Origin: an uncultured Bacteroidota bacterium
GTDB lineage: Bacteria; Bacteroidota; Bacteroidia; Chitinophagales; Chitinophagaceae
DNA: 60,217 bases
Reading direction: 5' to 3'
NCBI GenBank assembly: GCA_903862505.1
Contig: CAIOYQ010000054.1
Span: 1 to 60,217 of the forward strand
Below the pieces are notes generated by a model that saw nothing but the letters and a program-made list of their open reading frames with translations, was not told the DNA's origin and did not search any database. A program made the position numbers and the translations under genes. Below are positions 59,144 through 60,217 of the stretch, one piece after another. Position 1 is the stretch's first letter. Every line of letters begins with the position of its first letter.

Positions 59144-60217
59144 TTAAGAAGCTACTTCAAAATAAGCAAGACTGCCACCTACCCAGGTGGTATTTGCATT
59201 ATAGCTAACACCAATCATTTTACCCTTGCTTAATCTTACTAGGTTCAACGTGGCAATATATTTTTGGTTGGTCGCATCCCAAAAATAAAAAATCCTAATT
59301 TCTGTTTTAGCGGGACCAGTGGGTGTTGCAATAATGGGAGCGTATTGCACTTTTTCTTGTAAAATCCAATGTTCAAGGTTTTTTATGGCAGCTATATCTG
59401 CAGGCGTAATATCTATAATTACCCCTTGCCCTGCAAATGAAAACAATGGCTTAAGTACATAATTTTCTAAATCATCAGGCATTACTTTTATATCAGACAA
59501 AAACTGAGTGTGTGGTACCGCATTACTTGTAAAAAAGGGAATAGTGAATTTACTTATTCTGTAAAAATGATTAGGGTGCGTTACCCATTCCACATTTAGG
59601 GCTTCTAACAATAGTCTGCCCTTTGCTTGCAAGGCCTCCGATTGTTTAATGAGTTCATCCCAGATAATCCGGTTATAAATTCTTTCTATTTTGTAATCAA
59701 TACCCTCTCTTTTGTAAAACAGTTCACTAGCTACTACAAAAATTTCACTCAAACAAACAATAGAGATATCCAAAAGTTGTTGAGTAATATAAAAATCAAT
59801 TTTTGTCTTTTGTTCATGGGGGTATAACTCCAATAATACGGTATGCTTGTTTTGATCACCTTTAATAATGCTGTGTAAATGGGATACATACAATTTTTCG
59901 TTATAGCCGTTTAAATAAGGGCTATATCCAAGTGGTATTTCAAAATTTTTCCTAAAGGCTTTGTCATGTAGGTATTCAAAACCAAAAAGAGAAGGGAAAC
60001 CTTGTAGCTCAATGAGTTTGGGAACAATTGTATTTGTTTCGTCCTTGCAAATAGCAAAATCCATTACAATACATTTCGGCAAGGCGGCCTCATTGGGAGG
60101 CGTTAAAACATGTTGAAAGGACTGTTCCGTTTGAGCAGCAAAATCGGGGCTGGTTATAAAGCTGCAAATTTCATCCCCTGCTTTTAATAGCATTTGTTTA
60201 GTTACTGCATCAATAAA
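59144..60217 (-). CDS. Circularly permuted ATP-grasp-like protein; 5' end lies outside the window
   Basis: IELQGFPS, YNR, YVLKPLFSFAGQGV, WILQEKV, EIR, WVGG; the frame stays open upstream of ATG 60193 to the window end (FIDAVTKQ-M). Confidence 0.65.
   Translation of the reverse strand, partial: FIDAVTKQMLLKAGDEICSFITSPDFAAQTEQSFQHVLTPPNEAALPKCIVMDFAICKDETNTIVPKLIELQGFPSLFGFEYLHDKAFRKNFEIPLGYSPYLNGYNEKLYVSHLHSIIKGDQNKHTVLLELYPHEQKTKIDFYITQQLLDISIVCLSEIFVVASELFYKREGIDYKIERIYNRIIWDELIKQSEALQAKGRLLLEALNVEWVTHPNHFYRISKFTIPFFTSNAVPHTQFLSDIKVMPDDLENYVLKPLFSFAGQGVIIDITPADIAAIKNLEHWILQEKVQYAPIIATPTGPAKTEIRIFYFWDATNQKYIATLNLVRLSKGKMIGVSYNANTTWVGGSLAYFEVAS

Noticed and set aside
136-59827. Numerous 60-160 aa ORFs antisense to, or nested in, recognised genes (e.g. 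136-459, 2650-3114, 22922-23407, 43858-44292, 54440-54859)
   Set aside because: They overlap well-supported genes, lack recognisable motifs and look like antisense shadows of coding sequence

Overview
AT-rich, very gene-dense chromosomal window from a Bacteroidota genome, most likely Chitinophagaceae. The assignment is inferred from protein sequences, TAnnTTTG-type -7 promoters and the lack of Shine-Dalgarno motifs. The window opens with a 5S rRNA gene. It then carries mostly housekeeping genes: rpsF-rpsR-rplI, htpG, recJ, thyA-folA, fmt, pepT, exbBD, prmC, mrp, cmk, ispH, gcvP, folK, sppA, queG and clpB. It ends with a heavy-metal efflux cluster and a gene cut by the window edge. I found no CRISPR array, transposase, integrase or tRNA. 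The best candidates for undescribed biology are: (1) a leaderless, His-rich, signal-peptide ORF ending in IFQPPR directly upstream of czcA-tolC/czcB, a candidate metal-sensing ribosome-arrest leader; (2) a secreted nuclease, TonB-dependent-like barrel and DUF5689 lipoprotein trio, a candidate extracellular-DNA utilisation locus; (3) sigma54-type -24/-12 promoters in front of both htpG and clpB; (4) frequent leaderless-mRNA architecture; (5) structured RNA candidates in the rpsF-rpsR-rplI operon; (6) an orphan CI-like HTH gene preceded by a perfect 18-bp tandem repeat. All product calls come from motif recognition by eye; no database search was run. Several start codons were moved downstream of the ORF-track start.
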